This document shows, one piece after another, positions 29,895 to 41,919 of a DNA stretch of 64,000 nt (position 1 is the first letter of the stretch; the number at the start of each line of letters is the position of its first letter). A program made the translations under genes and the position numbers. Source of the DNA: Escherichia phage MN03; the sequence record NC_070990.1; one strand, 5' to 3'. The notes under the pieces were generated by a model. It did not search any database. It was not told the origin of the DNA and saw nothing but the letters and a program-made list of their open reading frames with translations.

Positions 29895-30863
29895 ATGGGA
29901 CTTTTCGGAGGCGGGGGTAGTAAAACTACTTCCCAAATGATTCGCCCTGAATACATTCAACAGTATATTGACCAGCTTAACCAACAGATTGGTAATACTA
30001 GTTCAGGGGATTATGTTTATCGTGACAATGTAGGGTTTAATAACAATCAGACAGAGGCACTTAACAACCTAGCACAATCTGGCGCTCTAGGTACTCTCTC
30101 ACAGCAGTATATGGATGCAGCAGGTCAAGGCTTGGGTTATCTAGATAATGCCTATAAAGGTTATCAGAGCCTCTCTGGACAAGGTGGGATTACTGGAGAG
30201 CAGATTGGTGCTCTCGCTGGTCAACTGTATGATGATGACGCTGTGCAAGCAGCCATTACAGCTAATAATGAACAGGTTCAACAGAACTTGGCACGTAATG
30301 CTCTTCCTCAGTTAGCTCAACAGTTTGCTGGTCAACAAGGTTCAGGTGCTCGTATGGCTAAATCTTTTGCCCAAGGTGATGCTCTGAATCAGATGCAAGG
30401 GCAAGCAACAGATATTACCAACAGTGCCTATAACTCAGCTATCAGCCAAGCTGAAAGCATCCTCTCTGGTAATAGACAGAATCAGGCAGCTGCTCTCTCT
30501 GGTCTTTCTAATATTGGTTCTAACCTTTCTAACCTAGGTCAGCAGGGTGCTAATTTGTCTCAACAGCAAATAATGAATCAATGGAATGCAGGGTTGCAGC
30601 AACAACAGCAACAACAGAATGAATATGATAATGCCTACCAGAATGCTCAGAACGCAGCTAATTGGGGATGGCAAGATATCAATAACCAACTCGGTGCAGC
30701 AGGTGTACTTAACGGTGCTCTCGGACAAACTACAACTACTAAAACATCTGGTGGCAAAGGTGGTTTCCTTGGTGGAGCTATGAGTGGTGCAGCAGCTGGC
30801 TCTTCCTTTGGACCTTGGGGTGCATTAGCTGGGGGTGTAATCGGTGGGTTGGCTAGTACTTAA
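29895..30863 (+). CDS. Gln/Asn/Gly-rich internal virion protein, paralogue of 28830..29882 (322 aa)
   Basis: Shared motifs (NNQ..ALNNLA, Q-rich centre, Gly-rich hydrophobic C-terminus). Confidence 0.5.
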   Translation: MGLFGGGGSKTTSQMIRPEYIQQYIDQLNQQIGNTSSGDYVYRDNVGFNNNQTEALNNLAQSGALGTLSQQYMDAAGQGLGYLDNAYKGYQSLSGQGGITGEQIGALAGQLYDDDAVQAAITANNEQVQQNLARNALPQLAQQFAGQQGSGARMAKSFAQGDALNQMQGQATDITNSAYNSAISQAESILSGNRQNQAAALSGLSNIGSNLSNLGQQGANLSQQQIMNQWNAGLQQQQQQQNEYDNAYQNAQNAANWGWQDINNQLGAAGVLNGALGQTTTTKTSGGKGGFLGGAMSGAAAGSSFGPWGALAGGVIGGLAST

Positions 30864-30876
30864 TTAGGAGATAAAT

Positions 30877-32526
30877 ATGCAACAGACAACTTACGCTCAG
30901 GTCAGAAGTCGTGACCCGAGAAATACTTTCTATGGTGTTAATCCGGGAGCGGCTTCGGCCTCTCCTTATATGGCTAGACCAACTCAGACAGCAGATATTT
31001 CTATGTATCAACGTCCTGCTATACCTGCTGGGCTTTCCTCTCTTGTAGGTCAAACTTCAGTAGATTATCAGAATATGTTGAATCCTGTTCAGAGTAATGG
31101 TCTTCCTTCTGATATCCCAAATGATGTACAACCTCAAGCACAACAGGCTGTAACTCTTCCTGAGTTTGAGAATCAAGAAACCATGCAAGCTGCTGGACTT
31201 TCCCCTTCTTCTATTCCTCCAGAATCAGAACCTCTTCCGGTAACACCTCCTACTAAACCGTTAGAAGCTGGTCCTATGGAGTTTACTCCTTCTCAGGTGG
31301 AACAGGCACAAGGTGTGATTAATACTCTTGCTCAAGGACAAGACGCTGGTGATGGAATGACTGCTGCTACTCGTGCTAAAGATCAGGAACGTGTTAACAA
31401 CGATATCTTGCAAGTTGCGAAAGCTAAAGACCCTTCGGAAGCTTGGAACAAACTACAGAAAGAACCATTCTATCAGAACTCTAGTTTCTACACAGGTTTG
31501 ATGGGTGTAGGTCTTTCCATTATGTCAGGTAAGTCTCCTATTGAAGCTTTCCAGATTGGTCAGGGAATGGCTAATCAAGATGAGACTAAGAAGCAACTGG
31601 AAGCTAACCGTGATGCTCTGATTGAACAAGGCTTCTCTCAAGACTCGATTGCAGCTGCTATTGCTAACGGAGACCCATCTCTACTGAAGATGAGATCTGT
31701 AGACCCTGCTCAGAAAGAAGCGTTGTATGCTGCTCGTGAAGAACGACAAAATGCTGAATGGGATAGACGTCAACAGATTCAAGAGCAAACTATGCGTGAG
31801 CGTGCTGATGAAACTCGTCGTGCCGCTGAAGAAAGAGCTAACATGAACTTTGAACGTCAGAAAGAGTTGATTGGTTATCGTGATAAGGTTAAGGCTGAAC
31901 GTGCTGAACAAGCTGCTCAGAGTTTTAACTTTAACCCGAAAGAAGTTCGTCTTGCTCAGAATACAGCTGAAGGTACGGTTGCTAAGCAGTGGGCAGAGAA
32001 AGGTGGCCTGTTTAACCAGTCTAACAAAGACTTGGATTTGGCTGATAAGGCTGTTAAGGATAAAGACTATCAGACAGCTCGTTCTGCTTACATGCAGGCT
32101 ATCATGAACTCCGCAAGGGCTGAAATCGGTGCTACTCGTTCTCTTACCGAAGAAGACTTGGGGCACTTTGCAGAAGACCCATCAATCTTCGTTCGTGTTG
32201 GCAACAAGTTTGCACTGAAGTCTGGATGGCGTCCTACTGATTCTGCTCTTGCTTATGCTCGTAAGCAAGCTAACGTTGGTCACACCTCTGCAATGAAAGG
32301 TGTTGCTGATGCTAAGAGAGCTACGATTGAAGCTTACATCGGTTCTGGTATGGATAAGAAGAGAGCTACTGCATTGGTTAACCGTGCAATCCCTTCTGGT
32401 GGTTTCTATGACCCTCTAGGTGTTTTCTCTGAACAAGCAGAAGAAGCAGTTGGTGGTGCAGCAACCAATCCTAAGCTTAATGGTGCTTTATCAGCTGTCG
32501 AAGACACTAGCTGGTTTACTCAATAA
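30877..32526 (+). CDS. Internal virion protein (549 aa)
   Basis: ORF track; AGGAG SD; position among internal/ejection proteins. Confidence 0.5.
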   Translation: MQQTTYAQVRSRDPRNTFYGVNPGAASASPYMARPTQTADISMYQRPAIPAGLSSLVGQTSVDYQNMLNPVQSNGLPSDIPNDVQPQAQQAVTLPEFENQETMQAAGLSPSSIPPESEPLPVTPPTKPLEAGPMEFTPSQVEQAQGVINTLAQGQDAGDGMTAATRAKDQERVNNDILQVAKAKDPSEAWNKLQKEPFYQNSSFYTGLMGVGLSIMSGKSPIEAFQIGQGMANQDETKKQLEANRDALIEQGFSQDSIAAAIANGDPSLLKMRSVDPAQKEALYAAREERQNAEWDRRQQIQEQTMRERADETRRAAEERANMNFERQKELIGYRDKVKAERAEQAAQSFNFNPKEVRLAQNTAEGTVAKQWAEKGGLFNQSNKDLDLADKAVKDKDYQTARSAYMQAIMNSARAEIGATRSLTEEDLGHFAEDPSIFVRVGNKFALKSGWRPTDSALAYARKQANVGHTSAMKGVADAKRATIEAYIGSGMDKKRATALVNRAIPSGGFYDPLGVFSEQAEEAVGGAATNPKLNGALSAVEDTSWFTQ

Positions 32527-32546
32527 GACCTAAGTCCTGCCTTCTA

Positions 32547-32555
32547 TAATGTATA
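32547..32555 (+). promoter_or_regulatory. Phage-type promoter element TAATGTATA, 39 nt upstream of the 32594 start codon
   Basis: Motif tcTATAATGTATATAGG; the ORF-track start at 32549 lies inside this motif. Confidence 0.45.
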
Positions 32556-32593
32556 TAGGGGGTAGGACATTTTTATTTATAAAAGGAGACGTT

Positions 32594-35500
32594 ATGGCTA
32601 ACATTAAACCGTGGGAAGAAGCTTCCAAAGCTCCTGCGTATCTGAATGCCTCTCCGGAGCAACAAGCTCAAATGAGAGAACAATATAAGGCAGCAGGTGG
32701 CTCTATTCCTGAGGAACAACCAGTAGCACAACCACAACAAGAAGAACGTGGTGCTATAGGTGAGTTTGCTCAAGGTGTGTCAAATGCTCTTCAATCTGGT
32801 GGTGCAAATATTGCAGCTAGTGCTGCTAAAGGTATTGGTGGTTTAGTTGAGATTGGTGAGAATCTAGCTGGAGCACAAACTAGTTATGGTAAGCGTATCC
32901 AAGAGAACTCTCAGAACCTTCTGAAAGAACGTATGGATAAGATTGAGGATGGGATTGGTAAAACTGTCGGTCAGTATGCTGGCGTTGCTGGTGATATCGG
33001 TTTGACAGTTGCTAACCCATTGGCTGCTGCTGCTATCATCGCAGGTCGTGAGACAGGTCGTGCATATGCAGACCAAACCCCTGAAGAGGGAGAGGATAAG
33101 TCTATTCTAGATGCAGCCTTAGTTGGTGGTGCTAACTATGCAGCTCAGAGAATCCTTCCGGGTGCTGTTGGTACAGCTGAGTCCACACTTGGACGTATTG
33201 GTCAGAACGTTGCTAGTAACGCAGTGGCTGGTGCTAAAGGTGGTGCTCTTGTGGGTGCTGCTGAAGTTCAGAACAAGTATGGCGACGACAACGATCTAGC
33301 TAAGACATTGGAAGGTGTTATCGAAGAAGGGGCTATGGGTGCTGCATTTGGTGGCGCAGTTGGTGGGGTTCATGGTTTGATTAGCCGTCCAGATTCTGCT
33401 GTCTTCAAGAACACTCCAGAGTATGCGAAGACTGATATTGCTGCTGATGATGAACTGATTCGTAGTGCTAAGAATATTGATGAACTGAAAGAAGCTTATT
33501 CTAAAGCTGAAACTGCTAATGCTGCTTCTGCTCTGAACCTTCTGGATGAGAATGGATTCCGTATTACAGATGCTGTTGCTGTAGACTTCCCTGCTGCTCA
33601 GCGTATTCTTAATACTGACCAAGCTCGTGCTGAGAAAGCTGCTTCCGTTCAGAAAGAACATTCCAACATTCCGGGCCTCAACCCTTTAGCTTCTCCTGCT
33701 AAGACTCGTGGTAAAGCATTCGCTGACAACGAGCACAACCAGAAGCAGGCTGTTGCTATGAAGGATGCAATGGCTGATTACACCAAAGACAATACGAAAG
33801 CTCTTACAGATGTTCTAGATAACCTAGACCGTGAATTAACTTCTCTCCGAGCTTCTGGTGATTTTACTGGTAGTCCGATTGATATTAAGAACCGTACACA
33901 AGCCGACCGTGATTTCATTGATGCTTACAAGACTTTCTACAATGAAGCAAATCGATTCAAAGCTCGTGATGGTGAAGACTTTAATAACTTTGTAGAGAAA
34001 GCTGCTGAACTACAGAAGATGGCTGATAATGTTTCTCCAGAGATGAAGAAAGCTATCGGTGGGTTGAAGAAACTGAAAGGTATGCCTGAAGGTTTTAATC
34101 CTATCCAAGATGCTTACACTCTGAACAATACAGCTAAGTTCATGAGCAATCAAGATCGTGGTTGGACTTCCCTGACTGATGATGGATTCCGTGAGACTTC
34201 TTCACCTAGTCTGGTAATGAACACTCTCGGTGCTGCTAAGTATGCTCTGAATCGCTTCTCTTCTCAGCGTGCTCGCTCTCAACGTGTTAAGCAACAAGAA
34301 TCTAACAGTGAAGCTATCCGCTCTCTGGCTCGTGGTGATTTGGAAGTTGCTCGTGCTAAATCTACTGCTGATGAAGCTCGTGCTAAGATGGAAGAAGAAC
34401 CAGTTGTTGATGACATTAAATTTAAGACGCAAAATGACGTGGAAACCGAACCGGTTCTGGAGCCTTCTTCTAGTACTGTGACGGAAGAAAATCTTCCTTC
34501 TTCTACTCCTCAAGAAACCCCTCTCACAGCTCGTGATTTAGTTGCGCAAAGACGCGCTATCCGTCAGGCTGAACAGCGTCGCGCTGAAGAAGAGGCGGCG
34601 GCGGCTCAAGAAGCTCCGGTCGAACAAGCTCCACAGGCTGAACCTCTCCCTGCTCGTAACCCTCTAGAGGAGCGTCGTGCAATGGAACAGCAACGTGCTC
34701 AAGAAGAGGCCGCACAGGCTCCAGAACCAACCGTAGAGGAACCAACAGTCAAAGCTGAGCCATTACCTGCTCGTGCTCCTAAAGCTCCTAAGGAAGCTGT
34801 ACAGGACGTTAAACCGGCAAGTGGTGTAGAACGTTTAGCTGCTATGTCTAGTGCTGCTCGTCAGGCTACTAAAGATCGTGCAGAACGCTTTGCTCGTTCT
34901 CTGTACTCTAAGGCTGCTAAAGCTAAAGCTACTGCTGAAAACTTCTTGGCTTATAAAGGCGATCCTAAGGAACTGATGCGTCGTATTCGTCAGGAAGACA
35001 ATGCTATCAACACTGAACGTCATGAAGAAATGGCTCGTAACCAGCTGGCTTCTCAGCAAGGTATTGCTACTGCTAAGAACAACACTGTACGAACTAATTT
35101 TGCTGAATGGGTTAAGGAACGTGGTCTGCCAGAAGACATTGCTACTAAGGCATTACGTGCTGAAGAGAAAGGTTTAGGTGGGAACGTAACTAACTTGGAT
35201 AGTCTGAAACGTCGTGCTGAAAGGTTGTATCAGAAGCAGCGTGAGGATGAGTTTGATAGACTGTATCAACAAGCTCTAGAAGAGAACAAAGCTTTCGATA
35301 AGAAAGATGCTCCTAAACTGGTTGACCAGAAGAAAGAGCTTCAGTCTGAGATTGATGCTTTGATTGATTCAGAACCTTTACGTCCTGCTCAGAAAGATGC
35401 TATGCGTAAGCTGATGAATGACTTTGTAGATGGGAAGTTTAAATCTTCAGAGAAGGCTGGTAGGGAAGAGGCTTTGGAAGTTGGTCAGATGAAGGATATT

Positions 35501-37015
35501 TGGGATGGGTTTATTAACACCTACAACAGAGAAGTGAATGCCTTCAACAAAGCTAACAAGAACTCTCAGTACGAAGCTGCTGCTAAGCACTTACAGGCTC
35601 GTGAAGAACGTCTTGCTACCCTCAGGAAAAAGGCTCAGGCTCGTTCAGATGCTAAGGCTGCTGTTGAGAATGAACGTAAAACTTTAGAGGCTATTGCAGC
35701 TCAGAAGAGTGAGATTGAGAAGATGATGGAAGGTTTACCTAAACCTGTTCGTGAGGCTCAGGAATCTCGTACATTGAAACAGTTGGCTGCTCACCATGAC
35801 AAGAACTCTCCAGTTCCTCCAGAGAAGTTCCGTAGTTACATTGAACGTATCCACAACGCCGAGTCAGATTACCTTGATCGTCAGCGTCGTTTAACTGATG
35901 CAGAGGAAGATGCTCGTCAGGCCAAGTGGAACAAGATGTACGAGCAAGCGGAAGAGATGAACCGTAAGTTTGATGTGGACAAGAGAGTTAAGCGCAGTGA
36001 AGAGCTTAAAGCGGCCCAAGAGCGTGAGAATGATCTTATGGCAGTACAACGTCAACGTGATGACATTCATCGCCGCCTGATGCGTACTATGGAAGATAAG
36101 GGCATATCTAGAGAGGATGCTGAAGCGTTTGCTGGTTCCTATATGGACAACCGTTATGCACTTCTTGAGAAACCTATGACTCCTACTGAACATCAGAATG
36201 CTCGTTCTCGTATCGAAGCTGATGTTGAGAAGTTTGCTAAGAAGTACGAATCAATGACTCCTATCGAGAAAGAGATTGTTAAGGTTACTGGAGATACTGA
36301 AGGTAAGCTTGATAACTTGGATGCGGATACTAGGAAGGCTATTGAGGAGGCTCAGAAGGTTGACTCTGATATTAAGAAACTGCAAGAGGAAGAGTTGGAG
36401 ATGGAGAAGATTCGTTCTGCTCTGCCTGATGATGAAAGATCTCAAGCAAATTCTGATATCTTGGAAAGCATTAAACAACAGGAAGAGGTCTTTGCTGATA
36501 AAGTAGAGAAAGCTTTCTTGAGTGGGAAGAGCTTGGATGAGTTGGCTAGTGTGGCTGAAGTTTTAGACAGGGTTCATGGTGCAGATAAGGCTGGTAACAA
36601 CCGTCGCTTTGTACGTGCATTGCAGACTGCTGCTGAAAACAAGAAGAAGTATGGTGATAATCCAGTAGCTTGGTTTAGTGCTGATGATTACTCTGCCATT
36701 GCTAAACTTGGTGCTTCTTCCGCAGGTGGTAACAAATCCAGAGCACTGGAGAAGATCTTTGGTTCTACAGCTGAACAGGCTAAGAGTAAGTTGCTTGGTA
36801 GGGATGATGTAGCGAAGATGAGACGTGTGATTGAAGAGAACCCTGATATCAAGATTCCTTCTTACAAGACAACAAATCGTACTGAGTACTTGCAGTTCTT
36901 GGAGAAGTTTAATGACGAAGGGAAGCCTAAGATTAAACGTGGCTCATTGTCAGAGAAGCTTGAACGCAGTAAGCGTCAATCGAGACTCCGTGTAAGAGTT
37001 CGACCTAAGGAGTGA
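32594..37015 (+). CDS. Giant internal virion / ejection protein (~1473 aa), coiled-coil-rich
   Basis: Start moved from 32549 to ATG 32594 (AAAGGAGA SD); size and position typical of podovirus internal core proteins. Confidence 0.6.
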   Translation: MANIKPWEEASKAPAYLNASPEQQAQMREQYKAAGGSIPEEQPVAQPQQEERGAIGEFAQGVSNALQSGGANIAASAAKGIGGLVEIGENLAGAQTSYGKRIQENSQNLLKERMDKIEDGIGKTVGQYAGVAGDIGLTVANPLAAAAIIAGRETGRAYADQTPEEGEDKSILDAALVGGANYAAQRILPGAVGTAESTLGRIGQNVASNAVAGAKGGALVGAAEVQNKYGDDNDLAKTLEGVIEEGAMGAAFGGAVGGVHGLISRPDSAVFKNTPEYAKTDIAADDELIRSAKNIDELKEAYSKAETANAASALNLLDENGFRITDAVAVDFPAAQRILNTDQARAEKAASVQKEHSNIPGLNPLASPAKTRGKAFADNEHNQKQAVAMKDAMADYTKDNTKALTDVLDNLDRELTSLRASGDFTGSPIDIKNRTQADRDFIDAYKTFYNEANRFKARDGEDFNNFVEKAAELQKMADNVSPEMKKAIGGLKKLKGMPEGFNPIQDAYTLNNTAKFMSNQDRGWTSLTDDGFRETSSPSLVMNTLGAAKYALNRFSSQRARSQRVKQQESNSEAIRSLARGDLEVARAKSTADEARAKMEEEPVVDDIKFKTQNDVETEPVLEPSSSTVTEENLPSSTPQETPLTARDLVAQRRAIRQAEQRRAEEEAAAAQEAPVEQAPQAEPLPARNPLEERRAMEQQRAQEEAAQAPEPTVEEPTVKAEPLPARAPKAPKEAVQDVKPASGVERLAAMSSAARQATKDRAERFARSLYSKAAKAKATAENFLAYKGDPKELMRRIRQEDNAINTERHEEMARNQLASQQGIATAKNNTVRTNFAEWVKERGLPEDIATKALRAEEKGLGGNVTNLDSLKRRAERLYQKQREDEFDRLYQQALEENKAFDKKDAPKLVDQKKELQSEIDALIDSEPLRPAQKDAMRKLMNDFVDGKFKSSEKAGREEALEVGQMKDIWDGFINTYNREVNAFNKANKNSQYEAAAKHLQAREERLATLRKKAQARSDAKAAVENERKTLEAIAAQKSEIEKMMEGLPKPVREAQESRTLKQLAAHHDKNSPVPPEKFRSYIERIHNAESDYLDRQRRLTDAEEDARQAKWNKMYEQAEEMNRKFDVDKRVKRSEELKAAQERENDLMAVQRQRDDIHRRLMRTMEDKGISREDAEAFAGSYMDNRYALLEKPMTPTEHQNARSRIEADVEKFAKKYESMTPIEKEIVKVTGDTEGKLDNLDADTRKAIEEAQKVDSDIKKLQEEELEMEKIRSALPDDERSQANSDILESIKQQEEVFADKVEKAFLSGKSLDELASVAEVLDRVHGADKAGNNRRFVRALQTAAENKKKYGDNPVAWFSADDYSAIAKLGASSAGGNKSRALEKIFGSTAEQAKSKLLGRDDVAKMRRVIEENPDIKIPSYKTTNRTEYLQFLEKFNDEGKPKIKRGSLSEKLERSKRQSRLRVRVRPKE

Positions 37016-37022
37016 TAAAAGA

Positions 37023-37055
37023 AAAGCCCCAACCGAAAGGAAGGGGCTTTATTTG
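37023..37055 (+). terminator. Terminator hairpin at the convergence of plus- and minus-strand modules
   Basis: aagcccc-(12-nt loop)-ggggctt followed by tatttgtttc. Confidence 0.6.
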
Positions 37056-37204
37056 TTTCTAAGTTTTAAAAACCATCAAATTCGTCATACATCCCAATTC
37101 TCTTCAGAAGTCTGGATGTTCATCTTCAAAGCATCCTGAGATGCCTCCATAGAACCAATCCGATTTACTTCCAAGGATAACAACTTCTTCATTCATATAC
37201 CCTC

Positions 37205-37366
37205 CTAGATTGTGTTTATAAAATTAATAAGCTTCTCTTCGCTTTCATCAAAAGCTTTTCCAGCTGCTTCCATCTCCCAAGTATGGGCGTTGTTGATAAA
37301 GCTCTGAGCTTCTAATAGGTCGTGGATTAAGTCGAAGAGTTTATTTTTATCTGCTTGTGTGATCAT
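37205..37366 (-). CDS. Small hypothetical protein (53 aa)
   Basis: ATG at 37366 with AGGAA SD; MITQADKNKLFDLIHDLLEAQSF...; below ORF-track cut-off. Confidence 0.25.
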   Translation of the reverse strand: MITQADKNKLFDLIHDLLEAQSFINNAHTWEMEAAGKAFDESEEKLINFINTI

Positions 37367-37374
37367 GTCAGTTC

Positions 37375-37602
37375 CTAGATTAAATCGTAATACTGAATAA
37401 TGTCAGAGAGTTTGAACTCTCGAATCTCATCTTTCTCTACATCTATCGCTGTCATAATCCAACAAGGTTTGCCACCGTTATGAAAACGGGAGCTAGCAAC
37501 GGAGGTTCGGAGTGGAATAACGGACCGGTCAGCAACCTCGCCTCTCCAATTGCGATAGCGAAAGCGAAGCACTTGTTGCGTAGATTTTTGATCATCACTC
37601 AT
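37375..37602 (-). CDS. Hypothetical protein (~75 aa)
   Basis: ORF track ORF 37375..37737 trimmed to internal ATG at 37602, which overlaps the HNH stop by 8 nt. Confidence 0.4.
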   Translation of the reverse strand: MSDDQKSTQQVLRFRYRNWRGEVADRSVIPLRTSVASSRFHNGGKPCWIMTAIDVEKDEIREFKLSDIIQYYDLI

Positions 37603-37996
37603 TTCCTTTTTTGAATTGTTTTCTTGCATCATTCTCTTCTTTTGTTTTAATCTTATGACAAGGGTCTTTACACAGAACCTGAAAACCTTCTTTCTCACAT
37701 AGAGCACGAGAGATGATTTCATCCCAAGTTGCTTCATGATCTAAGGGAACTATAGGCTCTATGTGGTCAATAGCCATATCCTTTACAGGGTGGTCAGAAC
37801 CACACATGGCACACTTAAAGTGCATTGCCAGTCTTCCTGTCTTTGGATTAATCTTCTGCTCTGTCTTGGCGTCTGCTAGTGCATCGAACATGGGCTTCCA
37901 CTTTCTAGTCAGAGAACGAATCCCTGACTTGATGAAAGAGTTGTAACGAGCTTCAGTCCACATTCCACTACAGCGAGTCTTCTCAGACTTCGCCAT
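37595..37996 (-). CDS. HNH endonuclease (133 aa)
   Basis: CAMCGSDHPVKDMAIDHIEPI ... LCKDPCHKIKT: Cys pairs plus DH and terminal His of the HNH motif. Confidence 0.7.
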   Translation of the reverse strand: MAKSEKTRCSGMWTEARYNSFIKSGIRSLTRKWKPMFDALADAKTEQKINPKTGRLAMHFKCAMCGSDHPVKDMAIDHIEPIVPLDHEATWDEIISRALCEKEGFQVLCKDPCHKIKTKEENDARKQFKKGNE

Positions 37997-38175
37997 AATC
38001 AGCTTCTTCCCAAACTCGTTTGTTTACACGATGACTCACCTTACCCTCACGAGGAATACGACCAGTTCTCTGATCAAACAGTTGATGTTTAATCTTTTGG
38101 TCTTTACGAGATTCACGGTTGGAGGAGTTTTCATCATATGAACGATAATCAAATTTACCCATTATAATATCCTTA

Positions 38176-38994
38176 TTACCAAGATTTATCTAACCATGTC
38201 CAGTCGAACAGGTCTTCCGGAGTCTGACCAACAAAGAGCAGCCGAGCATTCTCAAGCATCTTCTCTTCATCTTCAGTATCGAACTTCTTATAATATTCCA
38301 TTCGTACTATATGATACATGGTCCACTTATCCGTAACACCAGCCAATAGTTTAGCTGCTGCTTTCTTCCCTATTCCTTGACGTCGAAGCTGGAGCTTACC
38401 ACCCCACATAACTTCTTTACGTTCTCCACATCCGGGGATATTATCTGTACCATCTCCAACCAGCATCTGATAGAAGAAATTTTGCCATGAAACTAAATCA
38501 GATACGTAGTGAGGAGGAACCTCTTTCTGTCTTTCTCCACAAGCCCAACGATAATGCCATCCGGGAGTTATCAACAAATCCTTGTCTCTAGTACAGATGA
38601 TAGTATTCTTATCTCTACGTTGCCTTTCAGCTAGTGCATCATCAGCCTCTCTCCCAAATACATCTATGTATTCATACTTACCTTTAATATAATCACCAAC
38701 GTTTTGCCAGTGAAAAGGTCTTTCTCCGGGAGGTCTATTTGCTTTGTAATCTTGCTGCTTAGCAACATCGAAACGGAAATTACCACCTTCGCTGAAGTAG
38801 AACACAACCTTGCTGCAACCTGAGCGAGCAATGATTGTATCTATCTTGTACTGAAGTCGTTCAATCATGAAATTGTAATCAACTGGAACACGTCCTGTGT
38901 CAAGAAAGGGATGCTCCTGAGTAAGAGCACCCACTTCATATCGAAGAACGTCAGCATCCACTATAGCAACTTCAGGGAGCTTAACTTCTTCCAT
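38176..38994 (-). CDS. 5'-3' exonuclease / flap endonuclease (FEN-like, RNase H-type)
   Basis: AIVDADVLRY, GREADDALAE, TRDKDLLI, GDGTDNIPG and GIGKKAAAKLL match 5'-3' exonuclease family motifs; start uncertain (ORF track gives 39018). Confidence 0.75.
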   Translation of the reverse strand: MEEVKLPEVAIVDADVLRYEVGALTQEHPFLDTGRVPVDYNFMIERLQYKIDTIIARSGCSKVVFYFSEGGNFRFDVAKQQDYKANRPPGERPFHWQNVGDYIKGKYEYIDVFGREADDALAERQRRDKNTIICTRDKDLLITPGWHYRWACGERQKEVPPHYVSDLVSWQNFFYQMLVGDGTDNIPGCGERKEVMWGGKLQLRRQGIGKKAAAKLLAGVTDKWTMYHIVRMEYYKKFDTEDEEKMLENARLLFVGQTPEDLFDWTWLDKSW

Positions 38995-39870
38995 AAATAT
39001 CATCCTGAGCTTGTGCAATAATCCAATCTAGATCTGATACTGCTGATTCAATAGTTGAGTCATTAAACAGTAGATATGTTTTTCTCTGTTCGCCTTCAAT
39101 ATATGAGCGAGAGTCTCCATCAAAAGAGCAACCATCTCTAAGAACTTGGACAACTTGGACATGGAAATTCTTTTCTAGTTCTCGTACCTCTGCATCAAAA
39201 CCTCCGTCAGTAAACACGACAATATCATCCTGACCTAGCCCTTCTTGTTTGATGCTTTTTACAGCAAGATCCCCCATATGATTGTTGCCAAACATAGGTT
39301 TTAAGAAGTCTTCACTTGTAGAAATCATCAAATCTCTTACAGACTTCCCTCCCCATTCTGGTCTAGGTTTTTCTTTCCATTCACGGTCTTCATAGCGTGC
39401 TAGAAAGTTTTCTAGAGGTATGCCTAGTGCAGCAGCAGCTACCTTGTACATTGGCTCCTTGAAGGATTTGGTTGAATAATTGTGATGGTATGAATGGGCA
39501 TTAACCCAAGCATTGGCTATCGTATCTTTACCACAACCCGGAGGCCCATTAAGAATTACTACTAAAGGCTTATAGTGGGAATCTCCCACCATATTGGTCA
39601 GTGCTGGATTGCCTTGAGATTCCATTTCTAATTGCTCCGTGTGGTCATGTGAGTAATCTACTGGAGAAGTTTTGTTACCAGTAACTTTAGGTAAAATCGC
39701 TCTAGTTGTTTCTACGTACCTACCGCCATCAACATTGATTTGAAACTCTACAAGTTCATTCTGTAATTCATACCCTGATAAGTTGGATAGCTCCTCCAAC
39801 TCATCTCTGACGAAATTTAAATGTTTGATTTTAATTGCAAGAGCTTTCTTTAAAGCTTTTACCTCTTCAT

Positions 39871-39880
<10 letters not shown>
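38981..39880 (-). CDS. P-loop kinase, dNMP-kinase-like, with ~100-aa N-terminal extension (299 aa)
   Basis: LNGPPGCGKDT P-loop; GKDT resembles phage deoxynucleotide monophosphate kinases; rest unassigned. Confidence 0.5.
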
Positions 39881-41366
<1,486 letters not shown>

Positions 41367-41367
<1 letters not shown>

Positions 41368-41627
41368 TATTCTATTCCACGCTCTTTCAGAGCTTCTAAC
41401 AATCCATTGTGATTGGCAGCACATTCTGTGTACTGGTCCTGATACCACTCCAACGTAGTGGCTAATGCTTTTCCTTGAGCACTTTCTAAAAGAGGCAGGT
41501 CAACCCTACATTCAGCTTTTAGGTTTGTTGGTAAGGGCATTGATTGCCTGCTGTTGTCGCTCGTTGAACAAGCTGACATACTCATCACTAGCGCAGACAT
41601 TATAAAAAACTGGTTTAGTTTTCTCAT
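41367..41627 (-). CDS. Putative o-spanin (outer-membrane lipoprotein), overlapped out-of-frame with the i-spanin (~86 aa)
   Basis: MRKLNQFFIMSALVMSMSAC then STSDNS: lipoprotein-type signal with Cys, Ser at +2; starts inside the i-spanin gene in another frame. Confidence 0.45.
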
Positions 41628-41862
41628 AATGCATCTCTTTATAAACGGTTTCCGTGTTCTTCTTCCAGTTAGATAAACCGGTAAGAACCCTCTGAGCAAC
41701 TTCATCAGCTGCTCTATTTCTTTCAATCTCTAACTCTTGTTGATGTTTCTCTTTGTCCAGATTACTGCTGTCTGTTTGATATTCGTTAAACTTCATACCA
41801 CCAAAGAATACAAGAGCTGAGAAAACGATAAACCCTAAGTTATCACTTAATGTGTTTTGCAT
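41512..41862 (-). CDS. Putative i-spanin (N-terminal transmembrane helix plus coiled coil) (~116 aa)
   Basis: MQNTLSDNLGFIVFSALVFFGG TM segment then QQELEIERNRAADEVAQRV coiled coil; start moved to ATG 41862 (GGAG SD) because the track start sits in the terminator. Confidence 0.5.
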   Translation of the reverse strand: MQNTLSDNLGFIVFSALVFFGGMKFNEYQTDSSNLDKEKHQQELEIERNRAADEVAQRVLTGLSNWKKNTETVYKEMHYEKTKPVFYNVCASDEYVSLFNERQQQAINALTNKPKS

Positions 41863-41875
41863 GTTGTCTCCAACG

Positions 41876-41899
41876 AAAAAAGCCACCCGGAGGTGGCTA
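41876..41899 (-). terminator. Rho-independent terminator between SSB and spanin genes
   Basis: Minus-strand agccacc-tccg-ggtggct followed by tttttcgtt. Confidence 0.7.
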
Positions 41900-41919
41900 A
41901 GCTATAACAAGGAGAGTTA

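Noticed and set aside
32549-32593. ORF-track start of the giant internal protein (MYIGGRTF...)
   Set aside because: That ATG lies inside the TAATGTATA promoter motif and has no SD; the ATG at 32594 has AAAGGAGA upstream.
41863-41886. ORF-track GTG start of the i-spanin, and likewise the 25948 start of the next structural gene
   Set aside because: Both fall inside terminator hairpins; downstream ATGs with SD sequences are preferred.
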